DNA of 64,000 nucleotides from an uncultured Gemmatimonadales bacterium (GCA_963850905.1 CAWKMU010000004.1:320001-384000), one strand, 5' to 3'. Numbered from the stretch's first letter, positions 1 to 10,830 are shown. Notes: a model not told the origin generated them from the letters alone. Translations and numbers: made by a program.

Positions 1-317
1 TGATTGAACCCGAAGACCGGGATCACGCCGATCGAGAAGCGGTTCGCCAGACCGTAGATGACGTAGCTCCGCGATCCGAACGAGTTCGTATGCGGCGCGG
101 TGATCACGTACAGATAGGGCTCGATGAGAAAGTGCCCGGGCGGGAGCGTTCCGGCCGACGGCGCCAACATCGGGCCGGTCCACCACGCGTCACCCAGCGT
201 TTGGCGTGCGGTGGCCGCGGGCGGCGCGCCGTCCTGCGCGCGAGCAGTCGGCGCGGCGGAGAGCATGAGGAGCGAAGCGGCCGCAAGCCAGGCACAAACA
301 ACCCGTACCGCTCTCAT
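1..317 (-). CDS. Partial secreted/outer-membrane protein of the transporter-like beta-barrel type; C-terminus runs off the window
   Basis: Translated by hand from ATG at 317: MRAVRVVCAWLAAASLLMLSAAPTARAQ (signal peptide), then DAWWTGPMLAPSAGTLPPGHFLIEPYLY...YGLANRFSIGVIPVFGFN. Open to the window edge and divergent from the MocR regulator. Confidence 0.6.
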   Translation of the reverse strand, partial: MRAVRVVCAWLAAASLLMLSAAPTARAQDGAPPAATARQTLGDAWWTGPMLAPSAGTLPPGHFLIEPYLYVITAPHTNSFGSRSYVIYGLANRFSIGVIPVFGFN

Positions 318-411
318 GCGTATACCCTCGTCGATCGATGGTCCTGCGCACCGCATCGCCCACACGTCTCGCGGCTCAGGCATTCAGGGACCTTCCCAGG
401 ATGCCCGCGGG

Positions 412-460
412 AGTGGTATTCTGGTAGATCCACTTTGTTAGCACTCCGTGATACCACTTT
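412..460. promoter_or_regulatory. Putative MocR/GabR-type operator (ATACCA-like direct and inverted boxes)
   Basis: AGTGGTAT (412-419) and ATACCACT (451-458) form an inverted pair. TGGTAG (422-427) and ATCCACTTT (428-436) are degenerate copies. Lies between the divergent genes. Confidence 0.55.
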
Positions 461-1878
461 CCCTCCCAAGCGACGCGCCACTGTTTCGTCAGGTCTACAC
501 GGGCCTGCGCAACGCCGTCCTGTCCAACACCCTTCGCCCGGGTGAGCGCCTGCCGTCGACTCGGCAATTGGCTGCGGAGCTCGGGGTATCCCGCACCGTC
601 GTGTTGTTGGCGTACGACCAGTTGCGGGCCGAAGGGTTCGTCGTGGGGCGCACCGGATCCGGCACGTATGTCTCAGGGAGCCTCGGCGCCGCTCCGCGAG
701 ACCCGCCGCGACTGGCGGCCAGAATTCGCCTGTCACGATTCGGGACCGCGGCGGAGGCCGTGGCAGCCACGGTGGAGCTCCCCAAGCGTCGGAGCGCCGA
801 CCTTCGATATGACTTCGCCTACGGGCGCACCGACATTGGCACGTTTCCCTTCGCGACGTGGCGCCGCATGCTCCTGCGCCATGCCCGCAAGGCGCCGGTG
901 CGGGAGCTCGACTACGGGCCGTCGGGCGGGAGCCCCGCGCTTCGCGAAGCCATTGCGGCGCACCTCCGCCGCTCGCGGGCCGTGATGTGCGATGCCTCGC
1001 AAGTCATCGTCGTCAACGGCTCGCAACAGGCGCTCGACCTGGCGGCACGCGTGCTCCTCGAGCGCGGCGACTCCGTCGTCATCGAAAACCCGCACTATCA
1101 CGGCACCCGAGAGATCTTCCGCGCCGCCGGCGCGCAGCTCATGCCCGTACCCGTCGACGAGGAAGGTCTCGACCCGTCCAGGCTGCCGGAGCACGCTCGC
1201 ATGGCGGTCGTTACGCCATCCCACCAATTCCCGACTGGCGCGGTCCTGCCGCTCGCCCGTCGCCTCGCGCTGCTCGATTGGACTCGCCGCGCGAACGCCG
1301 TCATCATCGAGGACGACTACGACGGCGAGTTCCGCTACGAGGGGCAGCCGGTCGAGTCGCTGCAGGGTCTGAGCGGATCGGAGCGGGTGATCTACGTCGG
1401 GACGTTTTCCCGCACGATCTTCCCCGCCCTGCGGATTGGCTATCTCGCCGTTCCCGTGACCCTGATTCGCGCCTTCACGACCGCCAAGTGGCTGTGCGAT
1501 CGCCACACGGCGACGCTGGAACAAGCCACGCTCGCGGAATTCATCAGCTCCGGCATGTACGAACGGTATCTGCGCCGAACGCGCCGCGAACACGCCCTCC
1601 ATCGCGCGGAGCTCCTGGACGCGCTCGATCGGTACCTGCAAGGGCGCGTCCGCGTCGGCGGACAGGCTGCCGGCACGCATCTCGTCATCTGGCCCACCAA
1701 GCCCGTCAACGAGGAGTCCATCGTCGCCCAGGCGGCCGCGCGCGGCGTGGGAATTTATGGTATATCGCCCTACTACATCGGACGCCCCGCCCGCGCCGGT
1801 TTCCTGCTCGGCTATTCGCGAATTAGCGGGCGGGACATCCGTGAGGGCGTCCGCCGACTGGTCGACACCGGCATTTGA
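448..1878 (+). CDS. GntR/MocR-family PLP-dependent transcriptional regulator
   Basis: N-terminal wHTH (LPSTRQLAAELGVSRTVV) plus class I aminotransferase domain (VTPSHQFPTG, IIEDDYDGEFRY, YVGTFSRTIFPALRIGY). Confidence 0.95.
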   Translation: MIPLSLPSDAPLFRQVYTGLRNAVLSNTLRPGERLPSTRQLAAELGVSRTVVLLAYDQLRAEGFVVGRTGSGTYVSGSLGAAPRDPPRLAARIRLSRFGTAAEAVAATVELPKRRSADLRYDFAYGRTDIGTFPFATWRRMLLRHARKAPVRELDYGPSGGSPALREAIAAHLRRSRAVMCDASQVIVVNGSQQALDLAARVLLERGDSVVIENPHYHGTREIFRAAGAQLMPVPVDEEGLDPSRLPEHARMAVVTPSHQFPTGAVLPLARRLALLDWTRRANAVIIEDDYDGEFRYEGQPVESLQGLSGSERVIYVGTFSRTIFPALRIGYLAVPVTLIRAFTTAKWLCDRHTATLEQATLAEFISSGMYERYLRRTRREHALHRAELLDALDRYLQGRVRVGGQAAGTHLVIWPTKPVNEESIVAQAAARGVGIYGISPYYIGRPARAGFLLGYSRISGRDIREGVRRLVDTGI

Positions 1879-1911
1879 GGCTCCATTTACGTCTTCTCGC
1901 GGAGCGATGCT

Positions 1912-2376
1912 ATGAAACCATGGTATAGTGCGGCGTCGGTCGCCTTGGCAGTGCTGACTGCAGCCGCACACGGACAGTCCGTTTCGTCGGCTCAACGTGA
2001 GATCGAGCCACTGCTGGCCCAGCAGATGGACGCCGCGAACGCCCACGACACCGATCGCTTTCTTGCGAGCTACCTGCACGACACGGCCTTTGTGCTCGTC
2101 TTCAACGATCAGGTCATCCGCGGCTTCCCCGCCGTGCGCGATCAGCAGCTCAAATGGTGGAATGGCGGGAAGAGCGACGTCGTCTACAGCCAGCGCGCCC
2201 CGAGCGAATTCAACGTCGTGACGCAAACGGTCGTGCTCGTGACGCAGCAGCTGGCCTCGAAGCGCACGCTGCCGAGCGGCGAGGTGCAGGGCGGCGACTT
2301 CGTCGCCACGACCGTCTGGCAGCGGCGACCCGAAGGGTGGCGCGTCGTCGCAGCGCATGAATCGACCGGCCATTGA
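1912..2376 (+). CDS. Secreted NTF2/SnoaL-like (DUF4440/YybH-type) protein
   Basis: Signal peptide, AANAHDTDRFLASY, and C-terminal TVWQRRPEGWRVVAAHES typical of the NTF2 fold. Confidence 0.8.
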   Translation: MKPWYSAASVALAVLTAAAHGQSVSSAQREIEPLLAQQMDAANAHDTDRFLASYLHDTAFVLVFNDQVIRGFPAVRDQQLKWWNGGKSDVVYSQRAPSEFNVVTQTVVLVTQQLASKRTLPSGEVQGGDFVATTVWQRRPEGWRVVAAHESTGH

Positions 2377-2405
2377 TGTCACTGCAGCTCCCCAGCGGAA
2401 GGGCA

Positions 2406-2441
2406 TTGCTATTTTTCTAGCATAATGCTAGATACCTAGCA
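2406..2441 (+). promoter_or_regulatory. Tandem BlaI-type operators overlapping the promoter
   Basis: TGCTA-N6-TAGCA occurs twice (2407-2422, 2426-2441). Candidate -35 TTGCTA (2406-2411), 17 bp spacer, -10 TAGATA (2429-2434), 6 nt before the ATG. Confidence 0.7.
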
Positions 2442-2830
2442 TGAGCAAGTCCCTGGGCAGCAAGTTGAGCCGCCGAGAGCGGCAGATCATGGATGTGTTG
2501 TTTCGGCGTGGCAGGGCCACGGTCGCGGAGGTGATCGCCGACATGCCGGATCCACCGAGCTACTCCGCGGTGCGCGCGATGATGCGCACCCTGGAAGACA
2601 AGGGGCACGTCCGCCATCGGGAGGACGGACCGCGCTACGTCTACACGCCGACCGTCCCGCGCGAGACTGCGCGCCGCAATGCGCTCGCGCACCTGGTGAC
2701 GACATTCTTCGACGGGTCCACGGCGCAGGCCGTGGCGGCGCTACTCGATCGACGCGGCCGATCCCTGACGCCCGAGGAGCGCGAACGCCTCACTGGCCTC
2801 ATCCAGCACGCCAGCGAGGAGGGTCGGTAA
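2441..2830 (+). CDS. BlaI/MecI/CopY-family transcriptional repressor
   Basis: LSRRERQIMDVL...YSAVRAMMRTLEDKGHV...FFDGS; 129 aa; directly upstream of an M56 peptidase. Confidence 0.95.
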   Translation: MSKSLGSKLSRRERQIMDVLFRRGRATVAEVIADMPDPPSYSAVRAMMRTLEDKGHVRHREDGPRYVYTPTVPRETARRNALAHLVTTFFDGSTAQAVAALLDRRGRSLTPEERERLTGLIQHASEEGR

Positions 2831-2831
2831 C

Positions 2832-4736
2832 GTGCTCGCGACGTGTGCGCGCGCCACAGTGCTCCTGTGCCTGGCCATCGTGGGCGCGGGGTTGCTGCGC
2901 CGCTCTTCCGCGGCAACCCGACACCTCGTCTGGCTGGCGAGTTTGGTGGGGCTGCTGGCACTTCCGCTGCTATCCGCCGTCGCACCGCCGTTGCGCATCG
3001 GCGTCCCCACGCCCGATTGGGCGCACATCGACGCGGTCGGGCCTGTGCCAGCAGCGCTCCCGGTCGCGCCTGCGTCGAACGTGCCTCTCGGGCCCACCCG
3101 CCGTGGTCCACCGACCGCGCGCCACGTGGAGAAACACTCCGCTGCGCCCGCCCCCGCCGCCACGCGAGTGTCGGACGCATCGGTCGGCTCGTGGAGCGGC
3201 GCGAGCGGATCCGACCGAGCGGACGGCATCAGTACCCCGGACGCGCTGGACCACCCGGCGACCCAGAGTGCAGGTGCATCGCAACTCGAGCGCGTTGCTG
3301 GCGGCGTCCTCACAAGTGCGGCACGGATTCAGGGTCGAGTCGCGTCCCGCGGATCGCCAGTGATGCCGCTCGTGTGGCTGCTCTGGCTGATCGGGGTTGG
3401 GGCAGTCGGTGCGCGCGTTGCCCTGGGCCTCGCGCGCGTTGCCAGGATCCTCCGCCGAGCCCGCCCAGTCGTGGATCCCGAGTGGCTCCGACTGGTGGAG
3501 CGCGCGTCGAGACAGGTCGATCTTCACCGACCAGTCGCACTGAAAATGGGATCGATCGGCGCGGTCCCTGTTACCTGCGGGATCGTGCATCCGGTGATCC
3601 TCCTTCCCGCCGATGCGGAGTCGTGGGATTCCGAGCGCCGCATGCTCGTTCTGACCCACGAGCTCGGGCACGTGCGACGGCTCGATGTGCTGACGCACCT
3701 CATTGGACAGCTGGCGGTCGCCATCTTCTGGTTCCACCCGCTCGCCTGGTTCGCGGCGGGGAAGATGCGCATCGAGCGCGAGCGCGCCTGCGATGATCTC
3801 GTACTCGCGGCCGGCTGCCGCCCCTCGCGCTACGCCAGGGATCTGCTCGAATTGGTGGCGATGCTGGATCGCTCCGAGGCACCCGCAGTTGCGGCGCTCG
3901 CCATGGCACGGCCGACGGAGATCGAAGGACGTCTCGTCGCGATCCTGGATTCTCGAGCGCGTCGCGATGCGGCCGGCCCCCGCCGGATCCTCGCAACTGT
4001 CGCCATCGCCGCCGCCATCGTGGTAAGCGTCGGAGCGGTCCGGGCGGTGCCTGCCAGCGCTGCCCCACTATCGTCGCGCACGACCGTCGACCCGATTACG
4101 AGACTGGCCTCGACCGCGGCGAACGCGGCGCTGCCGCGTCATCGCGTGCACGTGCGGTTGCTTGCCGGCCCACACGAGAAACCGTGGCTCGTGCTCGCCA
4201 GCGCGGCGTCGACCGCCGGGACACTCGACAACGACGCCGACAAGCGCGATCTCCTGATCCAGATTGCCCGGCTCTACTGCGGTCATGCACAGTTGCGACG
4301 CGCATTCTTTGATGCGGCCGCCAGAGTGAGCTCCAGCCCGGAGCGTCGCCGAGTGCTCCTTGGGCTGTTGGCGAGTACGGACGGCCACGACGTCCCAACG
4401 ATCGCCGCCACGCTGCGCACCGCCCGGGGGATGGCGGCGGACGCTGACAAGGTCCGCGTGCTGCGAACCGTAGCCAGCGTCGATCCTCTGACGGATCCAG
4501 AGGTTCAACGCGAATTCTTCGCCACGACCGCCACGGTTTCGTCCCTGCCGGATCGTACCTCGGTGTTGCTTGCCGTTCTTGGCGAGCTACGCGCGCGCTC
4601 CACCCGTCGCGTCAGTCATCGGTCGACCGAGCTCGCGCGACTGACGACCGCCGCCGCGGAGACGCTGGACAGCACGGGCCGATCCCGTGTCCTGCACGCG
4701 GCCGCCGGACTCGTCGGCGTTGGCGGCCTGTCGTAG
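2832..4736 (+). CDS. M56-family (BlaR1/MecR1-like) membrane metallopeptidase with helical-repeat C-terminus
   Basis: AATRHLVW, TM helices, HELGHVRRLD zinc motif, FWFHPLAW, ERERACDDLVL. Confidence 0.93.
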   Translation: MLATCARATVLLCLAIVGAGLLRRSSAATRHLVWLASLVGLLALPLLSAVAPPLRIGVPTPDWAHIDAVGPVPAALPVAPASNVPLGPTRRGPPTARHVEKHSAAPAPAATRVSDASVGSWSGASGSDRADGISTPDALDHPATQSAGASQLERVAGGVLTSAARIQGRVASRGSPVMPLVWLLWLIGVGAVGARVALGLARVARILRRARPVVDPEWLRLVERASRQVDLHRPVALKMGSIGAVPVTCGIVHPVILLPADAESWDSERRMLVLTHELGHVRRLDVLTHLIGQLAVAIFWFHPLAWFAAGKMRIERERACDDLVLAAGCRPSRYARDLLELVAMLDRSEAPAVAALAMARPTEIEGRLVAILDSRARRDAAGPRRILATVAIAAAIVVSVGAVRAVPASAAPLSSRTTVDPITRLASTAANAALPRHRVHVRLLAGPHEKPWLVLASAASTAGTLDNDADKRDLLIQIARLYCGHAQLRRAFFDAAARVSSSPERRRVLLGLLASTDGHDVPTIAATLRTARGMAADADKVRVLRTVASVDPLTDPEVQREFFATTATVSSLPDRTSVLLAVLGELRARSTRRVSHRSTELARLTTAAAETLDSTGRSRVLHAAAGLVGVGGLS

Positions 4737-4762
4737 CCCGACCGCTTCACTTCACCCCTTCG

Positions 4763-5827
4763 ATGACCTTCCTGCGTGCAGCCACCTCGCGAGCTATGGG
4801 GCTAATGGCCATCGTCGCCGGTAGCGTGCAGGCGCAGTCATTCGTGCTGCAAGTCCCGCTACGCAGCCAGCAAGCGACGGTGTCACAGCGGATCGGCCTC
4901 ACCGATATTACGATCGAGTATCACCGGCCCCTGGCGAACGACCGACAGATTTGGGACAGCCTGGTACCGTATGGTCAGGTGTGGCGTGCGGGCGCGAACA
5001 TCAACACGACCATCTCGTTCACGGACCCCGTCACGATCGACGGCCAGCCGCTCGATCGAGGCACCTACGGCCTGCACATGATCCCGACCGCCGACGCGTG
5101 GACGATCATCTTCTCCAGGAACTCGACGTCGTGGGGCTCCTTCACGTATCACGAGTCGGAAGATGCCTTACGCATTGCCGTGAAGCCCGTGGCGGCGCCC
5201 ATGCGCAACGCGCTCACGTACGAATTCGAACAGCTCCAGCCAGCATCGACTGTTGTCGAGATGGAATGGGCCAAACTCGCGGTGCCGTTTACCGTGTCGG
5301 TCGATGTGCACGCGGTCGTGTTGGCCAGTCTGCAGAAGCAGCTCCGGACACTGGCGCGCTACACGTGGATGAGCTGGGATGACGCCGCGAATTACCTGCT
5401 GGGCGAGCACATCGCCCTCGACACGGCCCTCGCGTACACCGGAAAGTCGATCGACCTCGAGGATCGGTACGACAATGAGATGACGAGGTCTAAGGTCTTG
5501 GCGGCGCTCAATCGCCCGGACGAGGCCACAGTGGCGCAACGAAAGGCCCTCGACATCGGCACTCCCGTACAGGTCGACGGCTTCGCCCGGCAACTCTTCG
5601 CCGACAAACACCGCGACGAAGCCTTCGCGATCTTTCGGGAGAACGCCAAACGGCATCCCGACAGCTGGGTCGCCCACGAAGGGCTCGCCCGGATGTACAG
5701 CGCCGAGGGCGATTTCGCTGACGCACAGAAGGAAATGCGGGTGGCAGTGGCGGGTGCGCCTGCGACCCAGCAAGGCGACCTCGGGACCTTGATGAAGCGG
5801 CTCGTCGCCAAACAAGACATCAATTAG
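4763..5827 (+). CDS. DUF2911-domain secreted protein with C-terminal TPR-like helices
   Basis: Signal peptide; SQRIGLTDITIEYHRP, LVPYGQVWRAGAN, GTYGLHMIP..WTIIFS. Confidence 0.85.
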   Translation: MTFLRAATSRAMGLMAIVAGSVQAQSFVLQVPLRSQQATVSQRIGLTDITIEYHRPLANDRQIWDSLVPYGQVWRAGANINTTISFTDPVTIDGQPLDRGTYGLHMIPTADAWTIIFSRNSTSWGSFTYHESEDALRIAVKPVAAPMRNALTYEFEQLQPASTVVEMEWAKLAVPFTVSVDVHAVVLASLQKQLRTLARYTWMSWDDAANYLLGEHIALDTALAYTGKSIDLEDRYDNEMTRSKVLAALNRPDEATVAQRKALDIGTPVQVDGFARQLFADKHRDEAFAIFRENAKRHPDSWVAHEGLARMYSAEGDFADAQKEMRVAVAGAPATQQGDLGTLMKRLVAKQDIN

Positions 5828-5903
5828 CGACCACCCGGCAGCGTCGACATACGAAAGCGCCGCAGCCCTGAGGCCCGCGGCAAGACTACCCACCGGAGTG
5901 GCG

Positions 5904-7964
5904 CTACTGCCGACCGGCCTGTGGCCGCGGTTTGAGCCGCAGGGTGAGCAGATGCGTGCGCGCACGCCGCGTTCGACTCATCGCCGGGGCCGCCTCGACG
6001 AGCACGATCGCCGACGCGCTGCCGACCTCGTTGATGTCGGAGGAGCCAGGCGTCGCCGCGTACGCCGTTACGGTTGACGTCCCAATTCCGATCGCATCCG
6101 TCACGATCGTGTCGCCGCTCGCACTCACGCCCCCCAGCACGCCGTCTGCGCAGCACCCCCATGACACGACGGGCGTCCCCGGCACGCCGGGATCCGTCGC
6201 CGCCGCAACGAAGATGAGCGTGTCGCCAAGGACCACCGTGTCAGCCGTGGGAGAGATCGAGACAGTCGGCGGCGGCGGTACCTGGACCGTCAACTGCACG
6301 GCACCGGTGAACGTGGGATTGGAAACGCCATTGAACGGCGCCGACGTGACACTCACGGACGCGATGTAGCCGATCGCCTCGAGCGTTTGGGTGCTCGCCG
6401 GGTTGCACACAATCTGGGTTGGTGCGAGGCCTGGATTGCAGGGAGCCGGCTGACCCGGCGGCGCCGCGCCGCCGCTTTGGATAACGGCGGTCGTCCAACC
6501 CGCTACCGGCAACGAGCTCACGACGAGCCCCCCCGGCGTTGTGACGAGGATCGTGTCGAGGCGCGCAAGGCTGATCGTGTCGCCGCCCACCACCGAATAC
6601 GCCGGGGTTCCCGACACCGCCAACGACAGCGGCTGAGCGCCTGCGAGCCCGCTGTTCACGTACCACCAGATCGTGTTGTGCTGATCGGGCACGCCCTTCA
6701 CCGACTTGGCGTGCACGGTGGTCGACCAGTAGCCGTTGTACTGAAATGCCGACGCCCCGGTCGGCCAGCCGCCGTCCGGGCAGTACGCGACGAAGGTGCC
6801 CGCCAGCACGGTGCATACGCCCGGCGCCCCATTCCCAAGCACCGGGAAATAGGTCACCCCCGATACACTCGCGAGGGCCACCGCGCCCACCGAATCACCC
6901 AGTGAGTTCTTGAGGACCCATCGCACGTGCTTGCTGATGTCGTAGGGGACGCCGAACGGGACCACCGTGCCGCTATCGAAAACAAAGGTCTCGGTTGTCG
7001 GCGTGTTGTTCAGCGGGACCACGATCGTTGCCGCGCCAGTGACGCTGCCCGCCGAAGCCCCGATCTGTGTCGTACCAGCGCCGACCGCGGTCACACGCCC
7101 AGACGTGCTCACGGTCGCAACAGCTGGCACGCTACTCGACCAGGCGACCGGCTGGCCCTTGAGCACGCTGCCATTCACGTCCTTCACCGTGTCGTTCAAC
7201 TGCACGATCGCACCGATCTGCAGCGTATCGCGCACCGGCGAGACGACGATGGCGCCGATCGGGGCCGCCACGACGCTGACCACACTCACGCCGTTGATGC
7301 CGTTGATCGACGCTTTCACGGTATCGAGTCCAGGCGCGACGCCCGTCACGACTCCCTGGCTCGAGACGGTCGCAATGTTCGTAGCGGCCGACGTCCAGAC
7401 GGGCGTGTAGCCGGTCAGTGTATCGCCAGTCCCGTCGAGGAAAACGGCGCTCAACGTGACAGTCGATCCGTTGCGCACCGTCGGGGCATTCGGCGCTACG
7501 GCAATTCGGGCAAGCGATCCACCCCCGACGATCAACACGGCCTTGCCGACTCCACCGCCCACCAGCGCCTCGACGGTGTCCTTCCCTTTCCCGATCGCGA
7601 CGGCGTGCCCGCCGATCGACACCGACGCCACGTTGGGGTTCGTCCCACCCCAGACCACCGTTGCTCCCGTCACGACCTGGCCATTCGACGTAAGCACGGT
7701 ATCCGCGAACTGCACGCTCTGCCCGACACCGACGCTGTCCACGCTGGGGACCACCACGACGGTGGGCACACCAGTCGCTTGATTGCCGGACCGGCTGTCG
7801 TCCGGACTCGTCGTCGCGCATGCCGCGCCGGCGAGACATGCGGCCGGGATGACCCACATTCCGCCCGATCGGCGCCGCGCGCGACGAAACGGTTGCGTGA
7901 CGGCCGCAATCATCTGCGTCGCAGCCCTGCGTCGGACGGTGCCTCGTGCAGTGTGTTGCTGCAC
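5904..7964 (-). CDS. Lipoprotein with multiple bacterial Ig-like (Big_2) domains; exact start uncertain
   Basis: Lipobox-like LAGAAC; repeated WxS....VATVS..G.VT.V..G units. Confidence 0.8.
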   Translation of the reverse strand: MQQHTARGTVRRRAATQMIAAVTQPFRRARRRSGGMWVIPAACLAGAACATTSPDDSRSGNQATGVPTVVVVPSVDSVGVGQSVQFADTVLTSNGQVVTGATVVWGGTNPNVASVSIGGHAVAIGKGKDTVEALVGGGVGKAVLIVGGGSLARIAVAPNAPTVRNGSTVTLSAVFLDGTGDTLTGYTPVWTSAATNIATVSSQGVVTGVAPGLDTVKASINGINGVSVVSVVAAPIGAIVVSPVRDTLQIGAIVQLNDTVKDVNGSVLKGQPVAWSSSVPAVATVSTSGRVTAVGAGTTQIGASAGSVTGAATIVVPLNNTPTTETFVFDSGTVVPFGVPYDISKHVRWVLKNSLGDSVGAVALASVSGVTYFPVLGNGAPGVCTVLAGTFVAYCPDGGWPTGASAFQYNGYWSTTVHAKSVKGVPDQHNTIWWYVNSGLAGAQPLSLAVSGTPAYSVVGGDTISLARLDTILVTTPGGLVVSSLPVAGWTTAVIQSGGAAPPGQPAPCNPGLAPTQIVCNPASTQTLEAIGYIASVSVTSAPFNGVSNPTFTGAVQLTVQVPPPPTVSISPTADTVVLGDTLIFVAAATDPGVPGTPVVSWGCCADGVLGGVSASGDTIVTDAIGIGTSTVTAYAATPGSSDINEVGSASAIVLVEAAPAMSRTRRARTHLLTLRLKPRPQAGRQ

Positions 7965-8232
7965 GCCATCAGGTTGCCGCAGCGATGCACGGGTATATGG
8001 TACGACGTGAAGGGTGAACCGGACTATCGATATGCGCTATGCCGGAGCCGGTGTCCAGAGCGATGCGACACGAACCCCCGCCAGCTCACTGCGTGCGCCA
8101 ATCGTCGGGCCTGCTCGCGGTGCGTTTGCGGCTCGACCGCTTGTTCGATGCTACGCTCGGCGCGCAGTTGCGTCTTGTGCAAAACCAGAGCTTGCTCCGA
8201 CGCACGACCGTCCGACCGTGCCCCTGCCCTCA

Positions 8233-10717
8233 TCACTGCGATCGTAGCGCCGCCACCGGATCATTCCGAAGCGCGCGTCGGGCAGGCAGCCAGCAGGCGG
8301 CGATGGCGATAGCCACGAGCAGCGCCGCGACGGCGGCGAATGTCGACGGGTCCGTGGGGCTGACGCCATAGAGAAGCGATCCCATGACCCGCGTGACGGC
8401 GAGCGACGACGCAAGGCCGATCGCGAGGCCGATCACGGCGGGGCGCAGACCGCGTGCAAGCACGAGTCGCATGACATCGCCGCGTTGCGCGCCCAGGGCG
8501 AGCCGCAAGCCAAGTTCCCGGGTCTGTTGCGCGACACTGTAGGAGATCACGCCGTACACACCGATGGCGGCGAGTGCGAGTGCGCTGAGTCCGAATGCGA
8601 CCAGCACCAGGGTATTGAGGCGTCGGGGGGCGAGCGATGCCGATATCAACTGGTCGATCGCCACGACGCGATCGATCGCTTGCTCGGGATCCAATTGGTG
8701 AACCAGTGCGCGCACCGCCGCCACGGTCGCGCTCGGGTTGGCCGAGGTGCGGAGCAAGACCACGCGAGCCGCGCACAGCTCCGAGATGGCCGGGCCGGTG
8801 CACACGTGCATGTACGGTTCGTACGTGTGCGGCAGCGTGGCCTCATCCAGCGGCCCTTGTTTCACGTCCCCCACGACACCGATGATCGTGAGCCACACGT
8901 TGGGGGCACCCGACCCGCCCCATTTCAAACGGCGGCCGACGGGGTCTTCATTTGGCCAGAATCGCTTCGCCATGCCCTCGCTGATGATGACGGCGTCGCC
9001 GCGACCCCGAAGCTCGGTCTCGTCGAAGAGGCGGCCGCGTACCAGCGGGATGCCCAACGTCTGGAAGTAATCGCCGTCGACGAGCGTGTGCACGTTGGCG
9101 GGGACGCCGTTCTGCGGCTCCCCTTCGTGGCCCTCGGGCAGGAACAAGTGCGTCCATCCGACCGTCAGCGGCTCGTCACTGCCGGTTCCCGCTGCGACCA
9201 CGCCGGGTAGTGCGCGGATTTGGGGGGTGAGCCGGTCGAAGAATGTTTGTGCATCGACGGGCGTGCGATACTGTACCGCCGGAAGGGAGATCTCGAGCGC
9301 CATCGTGTTCTCACGTTGGAATCCCGGATTGGTATCCCGAGCATGCACGAAGCTGCGGATCAGCAGTCCCGACCCGAGGACGAGCGTCAACGCGAGCGCC
9401 ACCTGCGCGACCACGAACGCGTCGCGAACGACGCGATGCCCGCGGGCCGCCGTCTGGCCACGACCACCTTCGTTGAGCGTCTCGCTCAGCCGCGCGCCGG
9501 TCGTCGCGACGGCGGGGACGATCCCCAGGGCGATGCCTGAGATGATCGAGATCGCCAGTGCGAAAAAGAGCACGGTCGGATCGATGCCCACCTCTCGGGC
9601 GCGGGGCAGAATGTCAGCGGCGAGTGTCGCCAGTGCTCGCGTGCTCGCATAGGCGACGACGAGCCCGAGGACGCCGCCCAGGAGACCGAGCAGAGTGCTC
9701 TCGACGAGGAGCTGCCGCACGAGGCGTCGACGTCCCGCGCCTAGGGCGACTCGCACCGCGAGCTCCTTCTGACGATCCATGCCCCGTGCGAGCGTGAGGT
9801 TTGCAACATTGGCACAGGCGATCAACAACAGGAGTCCCACCGCGCCGAACAAGAGGAGGACCAACTGCTTCGACTGGCCGACGACCATTCTCGTTGAGCG
9901 CGGTGACCTGCGCCTCGAGAGCGAGCTTCGACCGGTCCCGGTAGGCGACCGGATAGAGTTCTTGAACGCTGGCTGCCACCGCCATCACATCTCTATTCGC
10001 CGCCGCCAGCGTCTCGCCCGGCTTGAGTCGTCCCAACACGCTGATGTTGAAGTTGTCGCCCCGTCCCGCGGGATCGCGTTCCGATGCGGTGTACGCGATC
10101 GGGATCCAGATCTGAGCTGGCTCATTGAACGGCAGCCCGCTGAGCGGAAACTCAAATCGGGCCGGCATCACGCCGATGACCGTGTACGGCTCCCGATCGA
10201 GAAAGATTTTGCGCCCGCCGATGTCGGGCTGTCCGCCGAATCGCGACTGCCACAACCCGTACGAGAGGACGGCGACGTTGTGTCCAGCCACGTCCTCTTC
10301 ATCCGTGAACGTGCGGCCTAGCGCGGGCGTGGTGCCCAGTGCTCGAAACACGCCGGCCGCCGTGCGAGTGACCTCGACCCGCTCGGGCGTGCCGTCGCCG
10401 GAGAGGTCCTTGGAGGTCCCGTTGAATCCACCGAGCTCGTCGAACGAGTGGCTCAACCGGCGGAAATCCGGGACATCCTGGGCGGACAGCGACATGTTGC
10501 CAGGTCGGATCTTAGGGATCGACTCCTGCAGGATCACGAGGCGATCCGCTTGCGGGAATGGCAGCGGACGGAGCAACAGGGTGTTGACGACGCTGAACAT
10601 CGAGGTCGTCGCCCCGATCCCGAGCGCGAGCGTCAGCACGGCGGTCGCGGCGAAGCCCGGATGCTTGCGCAGCATCCGCGTGGCAATCTGGATGTCCTGT
10701 CGCAGCGTCTCTTTCAC
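8233..10717 (-). CDS. Duplicated MacB/FtsX ABC permease (ADOP-like), split by a +1 frameshift near 9889
   Basis: ORF 9614-10717 (LRKHPGFAATAVLTLALGIGATTSMFSVVN) joins ORF 8233-9888 (LLLIACANVANL...RELGLRLALGA...DPVAALRSQ) if one A is removed from GAGAATGGTC. Confidence 0.88.
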
Positions 10718-10830
10718 AGATGGCTCCTCAATCGACCAGTACCGGTGCGGGTCTCTCTCATCGATGTGATGGTGCCAAACTCGCGACTATCCGATGGGTT
10801 CCTTACCGTGCAGCCGTCCGAGGTCTGTTC

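Noticed and set aside
733..2406. Long antisense ORFs (733-2406, 6927-8312, 14439-16106, 31173-32714, 54496-56343 and similar)
   Set aside because: They are shadow or alternate-frame ORFs of well-supported genes in high-GC DNA and carry no recognisable motifs.
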